Shown here: piece by piece, positions 8,716 to 17,574 of the stretch
Layout: every line of letters starts with the position of its first letter
How positions within the stretch are numbered: position 1 is the first letter of the stretch
Origin: a virus
IMG/VR virus record: IMGVR_UViG_3300017761_003320
Span: 32,001-96,000 of that record
DNA length: 64,000 bases
Direction: 5' to 3' (one strand)
Notes under the pieces: model-generated
What the model saw: the letters and a program-made list of their open reading frames with translations, nothing else
What the model was told of the DNA's origin: nothing
Database searches by the model: none
Position numbers and translations under genes: made by a program

Positions 8716-9653
8716 TGTTTCGCTGGCTGCTATTAGCCTTGCTGCTACCAGTTATTGCATCGGCTAACGTCGGTTCGATAATACAGCAGCAAGGCAATTC
8801 TGTGCAGATTAAAAGAGGATCTGCTACCTTACCTGGTGGGGTAAATGCTGGCGTAAATATGAATGATGCGATAGTCACTGGTCTATCATCATTACAATTA
8901 CGTTTTCAAGATAATACGACGGCCAGCGTCACAGAGAATAGCAGATTTGTCATCGATGATTTTGTATATGATCCAAGCCGTGGTGCAGGAAGATTAAATG
9001 TTCGCGTGGCTGTCGGCACAGTGAGATATGTCTCAGGTCAGATAGCACGCAGCAATCAGCAAAACGTGCAGGTCAATACACCAACAGCCGTCATAGGTGT
9101 GCGTGGTACAGATTTCTTTATGACTGTCGATGAATCTGGGCAAAGCTTAGTGGTGCTTGTTCCTAGCTGCAATCAGCAAGGTAATTGCTACACTGGTAAG
9201 ATATCTGTGACTAATGATGGTGGTACAGTCGAGATGGATCAACCATTTCATGCAACATATGTACCAAGCGCGACGGTAGCTCCTACTGTTCCTGTGCAAC
9301 TGAATATTTCAATATCTGATATCAATAACAATCTGGTGATAGTAAAACCACCACAGATCATGCTATTGATGCAGGAATCCCAGTCATCACAACAATCATC
9401 AGAAGCACAGCAATCTGAGAATCAGTTACAGATTGTACAGACGGAGACTCGTCGACCAATTCGTAGGGTTGGAGAGCTAATTATAACTGAAGAAGGTCAG
9501 AGAACAATAGCAACTAGAGAATCAACAGGCCATACTGCAATCGTAAGAATGACTGGTGGCAATACAAGGGTAACAGTAACACATGATGGTGCCGCTGCAA
9601 CAGAAACGGTTGGTACAGGATCTAATATAGTAAATATAACACAGAAAAGGTGA
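8715..9653 (+). CDS. secreted FecR-domain protein
   Basis: Signal peptide; D.I.TG...L.F.D.T, TPTAVIGVRGTDF motifs. Confidence 0.85.
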   Translation: MFRWLLLALLLPVIASANVGSIIQQQGNSVQIKRGSATLPGGVNAGVNMNDAIVTGLSSLQLRFQDNTTASVTENSRFVIDDFVYDPSRGAGRLNVRVAVGTVRYVSGQIARSNQQNVQVNTPTAVIGVRGTDFFMTVDESGQSLVVLVPSCNQQGNCYTGKISVTNDGGTVEMDQPFHATYVPSATVAPTVPVQLNISISDINNNLVIVKPPQIMLLMQESQSSQQSSEAQQSENQLQIVQTETRRPIRRVGELIITEEGQRTIATRESTGHTAIVRMTGGNTRVTVTHDGAAATETVGTGSNIVNITQKR

Positions 9654-9658
9654 GTGTG

Positions 9659-11707
9659 ATGAAAAAATATGTACTTGCACTATCAGTATTACTGGTCATG
9701 ATCGCGCTAAAGGTATTAGACCCATGGCCAGCGCAGGTTGCACGTCTTAAATATTTTGACTTTCTAGAACGTCAGGCTGATATGGTACTTGATGATTCTA
9801 TTGTGCTAGCCAATATTGATGAGGCTGCATTACGAAAGCATGGGCAATGGCCATGGTCACGAGACGTTATTGCAGAATATATTCAAGATATTAGCAATCG
9901 TGGTGCGGCGCTTGTAGTCGCTCCGATTCTATTTGCAGAACCTGATCGCGCAGGAAAAGATAGTGTTCTGGAGCAAGCATTTCGCGAGCATCCAGTAGTA
10001 ATCGCACAGGTTCCTACGACTCAGGTGCGCGAACCATATGCAAGACCACGAGGCTCTGCGCTAATTGGCCCACCAATTGCTGATGTTTTACCAAGCTGGC
10101 CAGGTGCGATAGCACCGCTTCCACGTCTTGCTGAAGAAGCTGCTGGTGTTGGTATGGTTGCGACTATGCCTGAGCCAGATGGTGTGGTGCGTCGTAGCCC
10201 AATGCTTGTCGCAGTTGGTGATAAATTCTACCCATCAATTACCTTTGAGACATTGAGAGTTTTATCTGGCGAGATAAGCTTTCAAGTCAGATCAAATGAA
10301 GCTGGTGTCGAGGTGCTACGCATTCCAGGTCAGCCTCTCATGTATACTGATCCGAATAGTCGCATCTGGCCTAGTCGCGCATTTACATATCAATCATTTT
10401 CTGTCACAGATATGCCTGAGGATCTAGACGGAAAGATTGTCATATTATCCATGACGGCTGAAGGCTTTAGTAATCCTGTCGCGACAAGTCATGGTGAAAT
10501 GTTACCGGGAACTGTGATTGCAACAGACCTATCATCAATATTGAATCAAGTTCTATTGGTGCGACCTGCTGAAGCTGATTTCTATGAGCTTATAGCTATT
10601 TTGTTATTTGGTCTGGTTATGGTATTCTTAGCCATAAGAGTCAAACTGGTTCTAGCTGGTCTGTTATTCTTGCTGCCAGTTTCTGGTTTAATTGCAGCTT
10701 CATGGTTCGCGCATAGCTATTACTTCATACTATATGATGCTGTGCTGCCAGTATTATCATTGCTTCTGGTATTTGGTACTGGCGCTTTCTCACGCGCGCT
10801 TGAAGAGTTCCGCTTGAAGCAACAGATCAAGAAACAGTTTGGTACGTATCTGTCACCAGCGATGGTCGAGAAGCTACAAGAGAATCCGGATCTGTTGAAG
10901 CTTGGTGGTGAGGAGCGCGAGCTGTCAATCATGTTCACAGACGTGCGCGGCTTCACAGCTATCTCCGAACACTATGGTAAAGACGTGCAAGGCCTGACTA
11001 AGATCATGAATCGTTATATGACTGCAATGACGGCCTCAATACTTCGCAATGAAGGTACGCTTGACAAATACATCGGTGATGCACAGATGGCATTCTGGAA
11101 TGCGCCACTTGATGATAAAGATCATGCAAAAAATGCAGTCAAAACAATGCTAGAGATGCTAGACAACCTAAAGGAGTTCAATGATGAAATCGCAAAAGAA
11201 GGTGTCCCGGCGTTTGGTATGGGGCTTGGGATCAATACTGGTACTGTCGTCGTTGGCAACATGGGCAGTGATCAACGCTTCGACTATACTTGCTTGGGTG
11301 ACTCTGTCAACCTTGCCTCTCGACTTGAAGGCCAGTCAAAACCTTATGGAGTCAGCAACGTCATCGGTACCCTCACTTACCGATACGTTAGAGAAGAATA
11401 CCTCTGCCTTGCCCTCGATACCATTGCGGTAAAGGGTAAGAAAGAAGGGGTCGACATCTATACTGTGCTTGGTAGACCAGAAGATATTGTTCATGTCAAG
11501 ATGGATCTAGATATGCACGCGAACATGATGAAATCATATAAGAGCCGTCGATTTGATGACGCAATCTATTATGCAAAGCGTCTCAAAGGATGCTTTGGTG
11601 GTAAGATGGATGCTTATTATGCTATGTGGATGGAGCGCTGTGAAGAATTAAAAAGTGCTGGTTTATCAGAAACTTGGGACGGTGTTTTCAGAGCAAATAG
11701 TAAGTGA
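9659..11707 (+). CDS. CHASE2-domain class III adenylate cyclase
   Basis: N-terminal TM, CHASE2 (IDEAAL...GQWPWSR, DGVVRR), three TMs, intact catalytic motifs FTDVRGFT, DKYIGDA, DYTCLGDSVNLASRLE. Confidence 0.95.
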   Translation: MKKYVLALSVLLVMIALKVLDPWPAQVARLKYFDFLERQADMVLDDSIVLANIDEAALRKHGQWPWSRDVIAEYIQDISNRGAALVVAPILFAEPDRAGKDSVLEQAFREHPVVIAQVPTTQVREPYARPRGSALIGPPIADVLPSWPGAIAPLPRLAEEAAGVGMVATMPEPDGVVRRSPMLVAVGDKFYPSITFETLRVLSGEISFQVRSNEAGVEVLRIPGQPLMYTDPNSRIWPSRAFTYQSFSVTDMPEDLDGKIVILSMTAEGFSNPVATSHGEMLPGTVIATDLSSILNQVLLVRPAEADFYELIAILLFGLVMVFLAIRVKLVLAGLLFLLPVSGLIAASWFAHSYYFILYDAVLPVLSLLLVFGTGAFSRALEEFRLKQQIKKQFGTYLSPAMVEKLQENPDLLKLGGEERELSIMFTDVRGFTAISEHYGKDVQGLTKIMNRYMTAMTASILRNEGTLDKYIGDAQMAFWNAPLDDKDHAKNAVKTMLEMLDNLKEFNDEIAKEGVPAFGMGLGINTGTVVVGNMGSDQRFDYTCLGDSVNLASRLEGQSKPYGVSNVIGTLTYRYVREEYLCLALDTIAVKGKKEGVDIYTVLGRPEDIVHVKMDLDMHANMMKSYKSRRFDDAIYYAKRLKGCFGGKMDAYYAMWMERCEELKSAGLSETWDGVFRANSK

Positions 11708-12025
11708 TTAGCCTTCACCAGAAGATGCAGTCTGATCATCCTCATACATCTTATTGATCTTCACCTCCGCCGCGACTCGTTCACGTTCGATCGTCTTGCC
11801 GCGGAGGTGAAGAACCACATTGACCTTTTGTTGTAGGCGAATTAGATCATTATCCAACATTCGAATACGATCGATCAGGCCGATGAGAACGGTATTGGTT
11901 TCGGATAGAACGGGTTTTACCTCTGTGGTGGCCCATACCCAAACATAGTAAACCATATAACCGACGCCGCCAGCCGCGACAATAGGAAACCCATATTTAC
12001 CTATTAGTTCAGCTAATTCACCCAT
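11708..12025 (-). CDS. small membrane protein with GFPI motif (YvrJ-like), paralog 1
   Basis: YGFPIVAAGG, one TM, coiled coil (LIDRIRMLDNDLIRL). Confidence 0.7.
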   Translation of the reverse strand: MGELAELIGKYGFPIVAAGGVGYMVYYVWVWATTEVKPVLSETNTVLIGLIDRIRMLDNDLIRLQQKVNVVLHLRGKTIERERVAAEVKINKMYEDDQTASSGEG

Positions 12026-12031
12026 TTTAGT

Positions 12032-12184
12032 TTAGCGACCTTGGCCTTTATATTTTTTGTAGCAGCGTCTCTTGGCCTTGTTCATTGAAGATGTCTTTAG
12101 AATGCCACCACCAATGCTTGTATGCTTCTGTATTCGCACATGAGCAAGAACTGCTGTTTCTTTTGGTTTAGATGATTTAGCCAT
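12032..12184 (-). CDS. small basic protein (50 aa, not in ORF track)
   Basis: MAKSSKPK...TSIGGG...SMNKAKRRCYKKYKGQGR*; this C-terminal motif is recalled from T4-like phages; GAGGAG RBS. Confidence 0.7.
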   Translation of the reverse strand: MAKSSKPKETAVLAHVRIQKHTSIGGGILKTSSMNKAKRRCYKKYKGQGR

Positions 12185-12466
12185 TTAATCTCTCCTCGCA
12201 TCATTCTTGCCGTCGGCTCTTGCTATTCGCTCGACATCTGGTTTTAATCCTAGGGCATTAGAGACTACAGTATCAATTCTTACCACGTCATGGTTCATGG
12301 TACGTACCCGGTTATCAAGGGCCGTGATGATCCCGGCCATACCCTTGACTGACCCGGTTACTCCAGCAAGGATGAATTTCATGGTCAGAAAAACAAAGTA
12401 GCCAGCGGCTCCGGCTGCTGCTATTGGAAACCCTACATCAGCCACAAGCTTAAAGAATATATCCAT
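12185..12466 (-). CDS. small membrane protein with GFPI motif (YvrJ-like), paralog 2
   Basis: VGFPIAAAGAAG, one TM, LDNRVRTMNHDVVRI; GGAGG RBS; CTAAATA late-like promoter near 12485-12491. Confidence 0.7.
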   Translation of the reverse strand: MDIFFKLVADVGFPIAAAGAAGYFVFLTMKFILAGVTGSVKGMAGIITALDNRVRTMNHDVVRIDTVVSNALGLKPDVERIARADGKNDARRD

Positions 12467-12510
12467 AGCTACCTCCCATTCACCTATTTAGAGAAAGCCA
12501 CAAATAACCC

Positions 12511-12539
12511 TGTACAATATACCTAAAGTAGTGTATAAT
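12511..12539 (+). promoter_or_regulatory. early/middle promoter
   Basis: TGTACA-17bp-TATAAT, same -35 variant as the repeated cassette. Confidence 0.7.
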
Positions 12540-12570
12540 GATCCTTGTGACAAGACAGGGTATACATAAT

Positions 12571-12993
12571 ATGGCACTCCTACCTTCTTATTTTACTACC
12601 ACAAGCACGCGCAAGCGCAAGTCCAAAGCTAAGTCCAAGGCTGTCAAAGCGGCTGAGGCTCAGACAGCTGCGCTGCTAGAGAAGGTAGGTTATCTGGGTG
12701 TGGCCAAGCCTGGTAAGGCGCCTGCTTTGGGTGCAGGAGATCAGAGGTTCGAATCCTCTCGCCCCGACCATTCTCTTCCTACATCAGATACGATTCCTGG
12801 TGGCACATTTGCCAAGCGCGATATCATGAATGATTGGCGGTGGCAGGCTGGTCGCGAGGAGAAGGCTAGTGTAGTGCAAGCTATGCGCGAAAAGGCCTCT
12901 CGTGTTCAACCATTATATAACAAGGGTGGCTATCAGGTCGCATCAGTCAATGATGATCCAGCTACCCTTGGTTCACGTTCTCGGAGGCTTTGA
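12571..12993 (+). CDS. T4-like hypothetical protein containing a nested tRNA
   Basis: LLPSYFTTTSTRKRK N-terminus and PLYNKGGYQV C-terminal motif; open through the tRNA. Confidence 0.7.
   Translation: MALLPSYFTTTSTRKRKSKAKSKAVKAAEAQTAALLEKVGYLGVAKPGKAPALGAGDQRFESSRPDHSLPTSDTIPGGTFAKRDIMNDWRWQAGREEKASVVQAMREKASRVQPLYNKGGYQVASVNDDPATLGSRSRRL
12694..12770 (+). tRNA. tRNA-Pro(TGG) nested within a CDS
   Basis: CTGGGTG...CCTGC-TTTGGGT-GCAGG...GAGG-TTCGAAT-CCTC...CGCCCCG-A-CCA; one acceptor mismatch (T2:C71). Confidence 0.85.
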
Positions 12994-12994
12994 T

Positions 12995-13273
12995 ATGATT
13001 CCGATTGGTCTAATAAATCGTGGAAATATCTTTCCATTATTATGTGTATCAATCCTCACATCTCATGGTGTAGGTTCTATTCTGGAAAAGATAGTAGAAC
13101 CTGGTTTAAATTGGACATATGTTCTGGCCTTTGGTATCACGACATGGGCCTGGATTCGTCTATATGATTATATTTTCAAAGATATAGTCACCACCTCAAT
13201 CAGAGGCACTCTACAATATCTTATTCAAGAAGGTAAAATCAAAGAAAGTGATGTGGATTTAGAAAATGAGTGA
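12995..13273 (+). CDS. hypothetical membrane protein
   Basis: GGAGG RBS, two hydrophobic segments. Confidence 0.6.
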   Translation: MIPIGLINRGNIFPLLCVSILTSHGVGSILEKIVEPGLNWTYVLAFGITTWAWIRLYDYIFKDIVTTSIRGTLQYLIQEGKIKESDVDLENE

Positions 13274-13535
13274 ATATTTGGAATTGAATGGCGATATTTT
13301 GCATGATTATTTGCGCCATTCGGTATTGATTGTGTCATTTGACAAGGTGAATGGTGAACGGCGTGATATGACTTGCACGTTAGATCGCAAATATTTACCT
13401 GTTGATCAGCAAGCCGATGCAGTGGTTGCGAAGCCTAATAAGGCTTCCTTGGCTGTATGGGATCTAAATGCTAATGGATGGAGGAGTTTCCGTCTAGATA
13501 GGGTCATCAACATTCAAGAGGTGAGTTATCCATGA
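13266..13535 (+). CDS. WYL_2/SH3-barrel family protein
   Basis: F.K.NGERRDMTCTL and VWDL...WRSFRLD motifs. Confidence 0.75.
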   Translation: MSEYLELNGDILHDYLRHSVLIVSFDKVNGERRDMTCTLDRKYLPVDQQADAVVAKPNKASLAVWDLNANGWRSFRLDRVINIQEVSYP

Positions 13536-14518
13536 CTAAGCTAAATGTGACAGGTCTCAAAGAAAAGTCCAAGACTCTTGGACCAGGTCCAGATGGTACC
13601 TATGCACATATTGGTGCGCGTGGTGGTACAGAGATGATGATGGACGGCCTGCGCCGTTATGTATCACATGAATTACTGGACAAGTTTAACATCATTTGTT
13701 CTCGTGTAACTGGTCAGATTGATCCTAACCAGAACAATCTGCTATGGTTGCATGATACTTGGGATGATCCTGAGTCACAGCATCTAGCCGAAGAGGAATC
13801 GCGCAAGCGTTTCAAGAGGCTTGTATTTGTTTCAAATTATCAACAGGCCACATACAATATTGGCCTCGGTGTACCGCATTCAGATGGTGTTGTGCTTCCA
13901 AATGCAATCGATCCTATCGAGCCGCATGAGAAGCCAAAGGGTACGATCAATTTGATCTATCACACGACCCCGCATCGTGGTCTAGAATTGCTGTATCCTA
14001 TATGCGAATATCTCGCAAATCAAGGATATGATTTTCATCTAGATGTGTATAGCTCATTCTCCATCTATGGTTGGAGTCAACGTGATGAGCCTTACAAGGA
14101 GCTGTTCCAAAAAATTACGCGGCATCCAAATATGACCTATCATGGTTATCAGCCAAATGAGATTGTGCGTGAAGCCTTGAAGAAGGCACACATCTATGCT
14201 TATCCAAACATCTGGCCAGAGACTAGCGCAATCAGCGTGATCGAGGCTATGAGCGCAGGATGTACGATTGTTTGCCCAAATCACGCGGCTTTACCAGAGA
14301 CCACTGCTGGATTTGCAGCGATGTATCCATTCACGGAAGATGCGAATGCCCACGCCAATCGTCATGTATCGGTGCTAGCTGAGGTGATTGATGGCTTCTG
14401 GGATAATAGCAATCAGAATAAGCTGCGCTTCCAGAAAATGTATACAGATAATTTCTATAGCTGGGAGCTTCGCTCTCGCCAATGGACCAGTTTCCTTTCA
14501 AACATGAAGCCGGAATAA
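13532..14518 (+). CDS. GT4-family (GT-B) glycosyltransferase
   Basis: GGTE, PHRGL, ETSAISVIEAMSAG (Ex7E). Confidence 0.85.
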   Translation: MTKLNVTGLKEKSKTLGPGPDGTYAHIGARGGTEMMMDGLRRYVSHELLDKFNIICSRVTGQIDPNQNNLLWLHDTWDDPESQHLAEEESRKRFKRLVFVSNYQQATYNIGLGVPHSDGVVLPNAIDPIEPHEKPKGTINLIYHTTPHRGLELLYPICEYLANQGYDFHLDVYSSFSIYGWSQRDEPYKELFQKITRHPNMTYHGYQPNEIVREALKKAHIYAYPNIWPETSAISVIEAMSAGCTIVCPNHAALPETTAGFAAMYPFTEDANAHANRHVSVLAEVIDGFWDNSNQNKLRFQKMYTDNFYSWELRSRQWTSFLSNMKPE

Positions 14519-14519
14519 T

Positions 14520-15611
14520 ATGAGAAAACTCAAAGCGCCTATCTCTGAAGCAAAGTATATCGGAGAAGAACCATCTTGGGATGGTGTCACACCTGATTCT
14601 AGTCGTATCATCTATGCATACAACTGGTATCGGGTTGTACTTGATCCTAAGATGTCGCGCGTTATCTTAGGTGATTACATGAAATCAGTCGGCTATTCAG
14701 AGGCCGATATTGATGTATTAGATCATGTTGAAGATATGCGCTTTGAGATTAATACTCTACCAGCACTAGGTCGCATGGTGATGCGCGGCCTTCAACCTAA
14801 TGAACAACAAACCATCAGGTTGACGCTGGAATTAGAACAGCTGATTAAGCATGGTCGCGAGCGCAAGGCCGAAAAGGATGCTGCTCGTCGACCTAAGCCT
14901 AAGACACAAGCAACTGTGCAGGTTGATGCTGTTGGTGATGTGATGTCTAAGGTCGAATATTCAATCGATCAAGGCGAGCTGGTAGATGTCGGTGGCCTTC
15001 TTAAGGTATACTCACCTAAGCCTGCTGATATGGCACCTGAAGCACAAAGGTATGAACGTCTTATTGAAGAAGTCAAGCACGCGCTTGACCGCACAGATAT
15101 GGAATGCGTAGAGTGTTATCGCAGTTATTCAAAAAGACAGCTGCGTGATATGCTTGCGCGATATGCTGGTGTGCTTCAGGCCATCAATCTTTATTGTTCT
15201 GCAAATATCAAGGCTTCGACTCCTCGCAAGGTGAAACCAAAAACTCCAGCCAAGCTTATTGCAAAGCTGCGTTATCTTGATAAGCATGATGAACTTGGAA
15301 TCGTGAGTATTGATCCAAAGGATATCATTGGTGCATCGGAGGTTATCCTTTACAATGTACCGCGCAGGTATGTGCAAAGGTATGTGGCACCTCTAGGATC
15401 AAAGCTATCCGTGAGGCGCAGTACGATTGATGGGTATGATCCGCAGTTGTCAAGCAAGAAGAAACTAAGAAAGCCAGAAGTTGATTTGCCTAGGTTCTTG
15501 ACTGGCGGTAATAAGAGTGTGTCAAAAACCTATGAGGCGGTCAAGGCTAAAGCGCAAGAAGTCAATGGTATGGTAAATCAGCAGACCATTATTCTACGCG
15601 CGGTCAAATAG
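14520..15611 (+). CDS. conserved T4-like hypothetical protein
   Basis: Long ORF upstream of rnh; SIDPKDIIGA and KKLRKPE motifs. Confidence 0.7.
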   Translation: MRKLKAPISEAKYIGEEPSWDGVTPDSSRIIYAYNWYRVVLDPKMSRVILGDYMKSVGYSEADIDVLDHVEDMRFEINTLPALGRMVMRGLQPNEQQTIRLTLELEQLIKHGRERKAEKDAARRPKPKTQATVQVDAVGDVMSKVEYSIDQGELVDVGGLLKVYSPKPADMAPEAQRYERLIEEVKHALDRTDMECVECYRSYSKRQLRDMLARYAGVLQAINLYCSANIKASTPRKVKPKTPAKLIAKLRYLDKHDELGIVSIDPKDIIGASEVILYNVPRRYVQRYVAPLGSKLSVRRSTIDGYDPQLSSKKKLRKPEVDLPRFLTGGNKSVSKTYEAVKAKAQEVNGMVNQQTIILRAVK

Positions 15612-15614
15612 CCA

Positions 15615-15643
15615 TTGACATGGAGCCAGCTTCCTGGTACAAT
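15615..15643 (+). promoter_or_regulatory. sigma70-type promoter
   Basis: TTGACA-17bp-TACAAT. Confidence 0.65.
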
Positions 15644-15671
15644 AGATAGTACATGGATAAAGGCCGAGACA

Positions 15672-16535
15672 ATGATATTGGTTGATTTAAATCAGGTCAT
15701 GATCAGTAATCTGATGGTGCATCTGGTACACAATAAACAAGTGGTGGACGAAGAACTTGTCCGCCACATGGTGCTTAATAGCTTGCGTGGCTATAAGCAA
15801 AAATTCTCACGCGATTTTGGTGAGCTGGTTATCTGCTGTGATGACAAGCGTTATTGGCGCCGTGAGGTATTTCCGCATTACAAGGCTAATCGCAAGAAGG
15901 ATCGCGAGGCTTCTGGTATTGACTGGTCGACGTTGTTTGATACGATGGCCAAGATCAAGGAGGAGCTGCGCGAGCATATGCCATACAAGGTTGTGCAGGT
16001 CTCGCGTGCTGAGGCCGATGACGTGATTGCATCTCTGTGCCATTATTACGGCAAGTTTATCAATAGCGATGGTAATGAACCAATCCTGATTCTGTCAGGT
16101 GACAAAGACTTCGCGCAACTACAGAAGTATGCAAACGTTCATCAATATGCACCGATCCAGAAGAAGATGCTGCCTATTGATAATCCAGAACGATTCCGCC
16201 GCGAGCATATCATGGTTGGTGACCGTGGTGATGGTGTGCCTAACTTCATGACAGAAGATGATGCACTGGTTGCTGGTCGTCGTCAGCGGCCGCTATCTCG
16301 CAAGAAGATCGAGGAGTGGTGCAGCATGGAGCCTGAGCAGTTCTGTGACGATGTGATGCTTCGTGGTTACAAGCGCAACCAAATGTTGGTTGACCTTGAT
16401 CTGGTACCAGAAGATATTCAGCAGGCGTGTATTGAAACCTATGAGCAGTTTACGCCTGCATCACGTTCGGCTATGATGCCTTATTTCATGTCCAAGCGAC
16501 TGCGTCAGTTAACAGAATCAATTAGCGACTTCTAA
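15672..16535 (+). CDS. rnh: T4-type RNase H / 5'-3' exonuclease
   Basis: MILVDLNQ, YWRR...YKANR, EADD, SGDKDF.QL, GDRGDGVPN. Confidence 0.95.
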   Translation: MILVDLNQVMISNLMVHLVHNKQVVDEELVRHMVLNSLRGYKQKFSRDFGELVICCDDKRYWRREVFPHYKANRKKDREASGIDWSTLFDTMAKIKEELREHMPYKVVQVSRAEADDVIASLCHYYGKFINSDGNEPILILSGDKDFAQLQKYANVHQYAPIQKKMLPIDNPERFRREHIMVGDRGDGVPNFMTEDDALVAGRRQRPLSRKKIEEWCSMEPEQFCDDVMLRGYKRNQMLVDLDLVPEDIQQACIETYEQFTPASRSAMMPYFMSKRLRQLTESISDF

Positions 16536-16546
16536 GGAGGATACAA

Positions 16547-16969
16547 GTGGCGATTAAAAGCCTTGCTCAAATCGTGAGCGAGATCGAAAAGGAAAAGACC
16601 AAGGCTGGTCAGGTCAAGGTCATACAGGAGAATGACAGTAATGCTCTCCGCATGGTATTTGAGTTCACGTTTGATCCGATGCTACAGTGGCTAGTGCCTG
16701 ACAGTGATCCACCGTATCGCCCAGCGGCCGATACTATTGATCAGGAAGGTCGTTTGTATTCTGAAATCGACAAGCTTGTATATTTCACGAATACACCTGA
16801 AGGTCTCAATGTGAAACCAATGAAGCGCGAGCAGCTTTTTATTCAGCTACTTGAGACCGTTGCTCCTGATGACGCAAAGCTATTGCTGCGTATGCGGCGC
16901 AAGGAACTTAAGGTCATGTCATGGTCGATCAAGGAAGCATATCCACAAATGACGGCTCATTGGAAATGA
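16547..16969 (+). CDS. conserved T4-like hypothetical protein
   Basis: KREQLFIQLLE motif; usual position after rnh. Confidence 0.7.
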   Translation: MAIKSLAQIVSEIEKEKTKAGQVKVIQENDSNALRMVFEFTFDPMLQWLVPDSDPPYRPAADTIDQEGRLYSEIDKLVYFTNTPEGLNVKPMKREQLFIQLLETVAPDDAKLLLRMRRKELKVMSWSIKEAYPQMTAHWK

Positions 16970-17574
16970 ATAAAGAAGTTGCGCTTATAATCGGCAATGG
17001 TACATCGCGAAAGAATGTCAATCTAAGACACATGGTATCATTACTTGGTAATGATCGTCCAGTGATCTATGGCTGTAATGCAATCTATCGTGAATTTCAA
17101 CCAGCATTTGATCTACCAGACTATGTGGTAGCTATTGATGATGGCGCTATAACTGAGATTGAATCCAGCGATTTTCCATCATCGCGTGTGATCATTCCGA
17201 ATGAGAATGATCGTTGGGAGCCTGCTGAGATGCATGGTGATCAGCCGAGGCCTAGATCAAATGCTGGTATGTGCGCTATGACTGAAGCTATTCGGCGTGG
17301 AACCAAGACTTTACTTTGTATTGGCTTCGATTCATTCTTGCAAGATGCAGAGCAGTCTGTAAGTAATCTGTTTGATGGTACCAATAACTATGGTCCAGAG
17401 ACTCGTGCAAGCGTGTATGACAATCCAAATCGAGTGAGATATATGGCTTGGTTTGCGCGCAAAAACCCAACCGTCGATTTTATATTCATCTATCCTGATG
17501 GTATGAATGCTGTGCCCATCGGGCAACCAAATACATATCAAGTAACATATGAGGAGCTTTTAGGGTTAGCATGA
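16966..17574 (+). CDS. putative glycosyltransferase (GNG.S motif, Maf/sialyltransferase-like)
   Basis: IIGNGTSR, YGCNAIYRE, CIGFD. Confidence 0.5.
   Translation: MNKEVALIIGNGTSRKNVNLRHMVSLLGNDRPVIYGCNAIYREFQPAFDLPDYVVAIDDGAITEIESSDFPSSRVIIPNENDRWEPAEMHGDQPRPRSNAGMCAMTEAIRRGTKTLLCIGFDSFLQDAEQSVSNLFDGTNNYGPETRASVYDNPNRVRYMAWFARKNPTVDFIFIYPDGMNAVPIGQPNTYQVTYEELLGLA

Noticed and set aside
15615-15671. N-terminal extensions from TTG starts in the ORF track (also 30998)
   Set aside because: The TTG is part of a -35 box; real starts follow RBSs downstream
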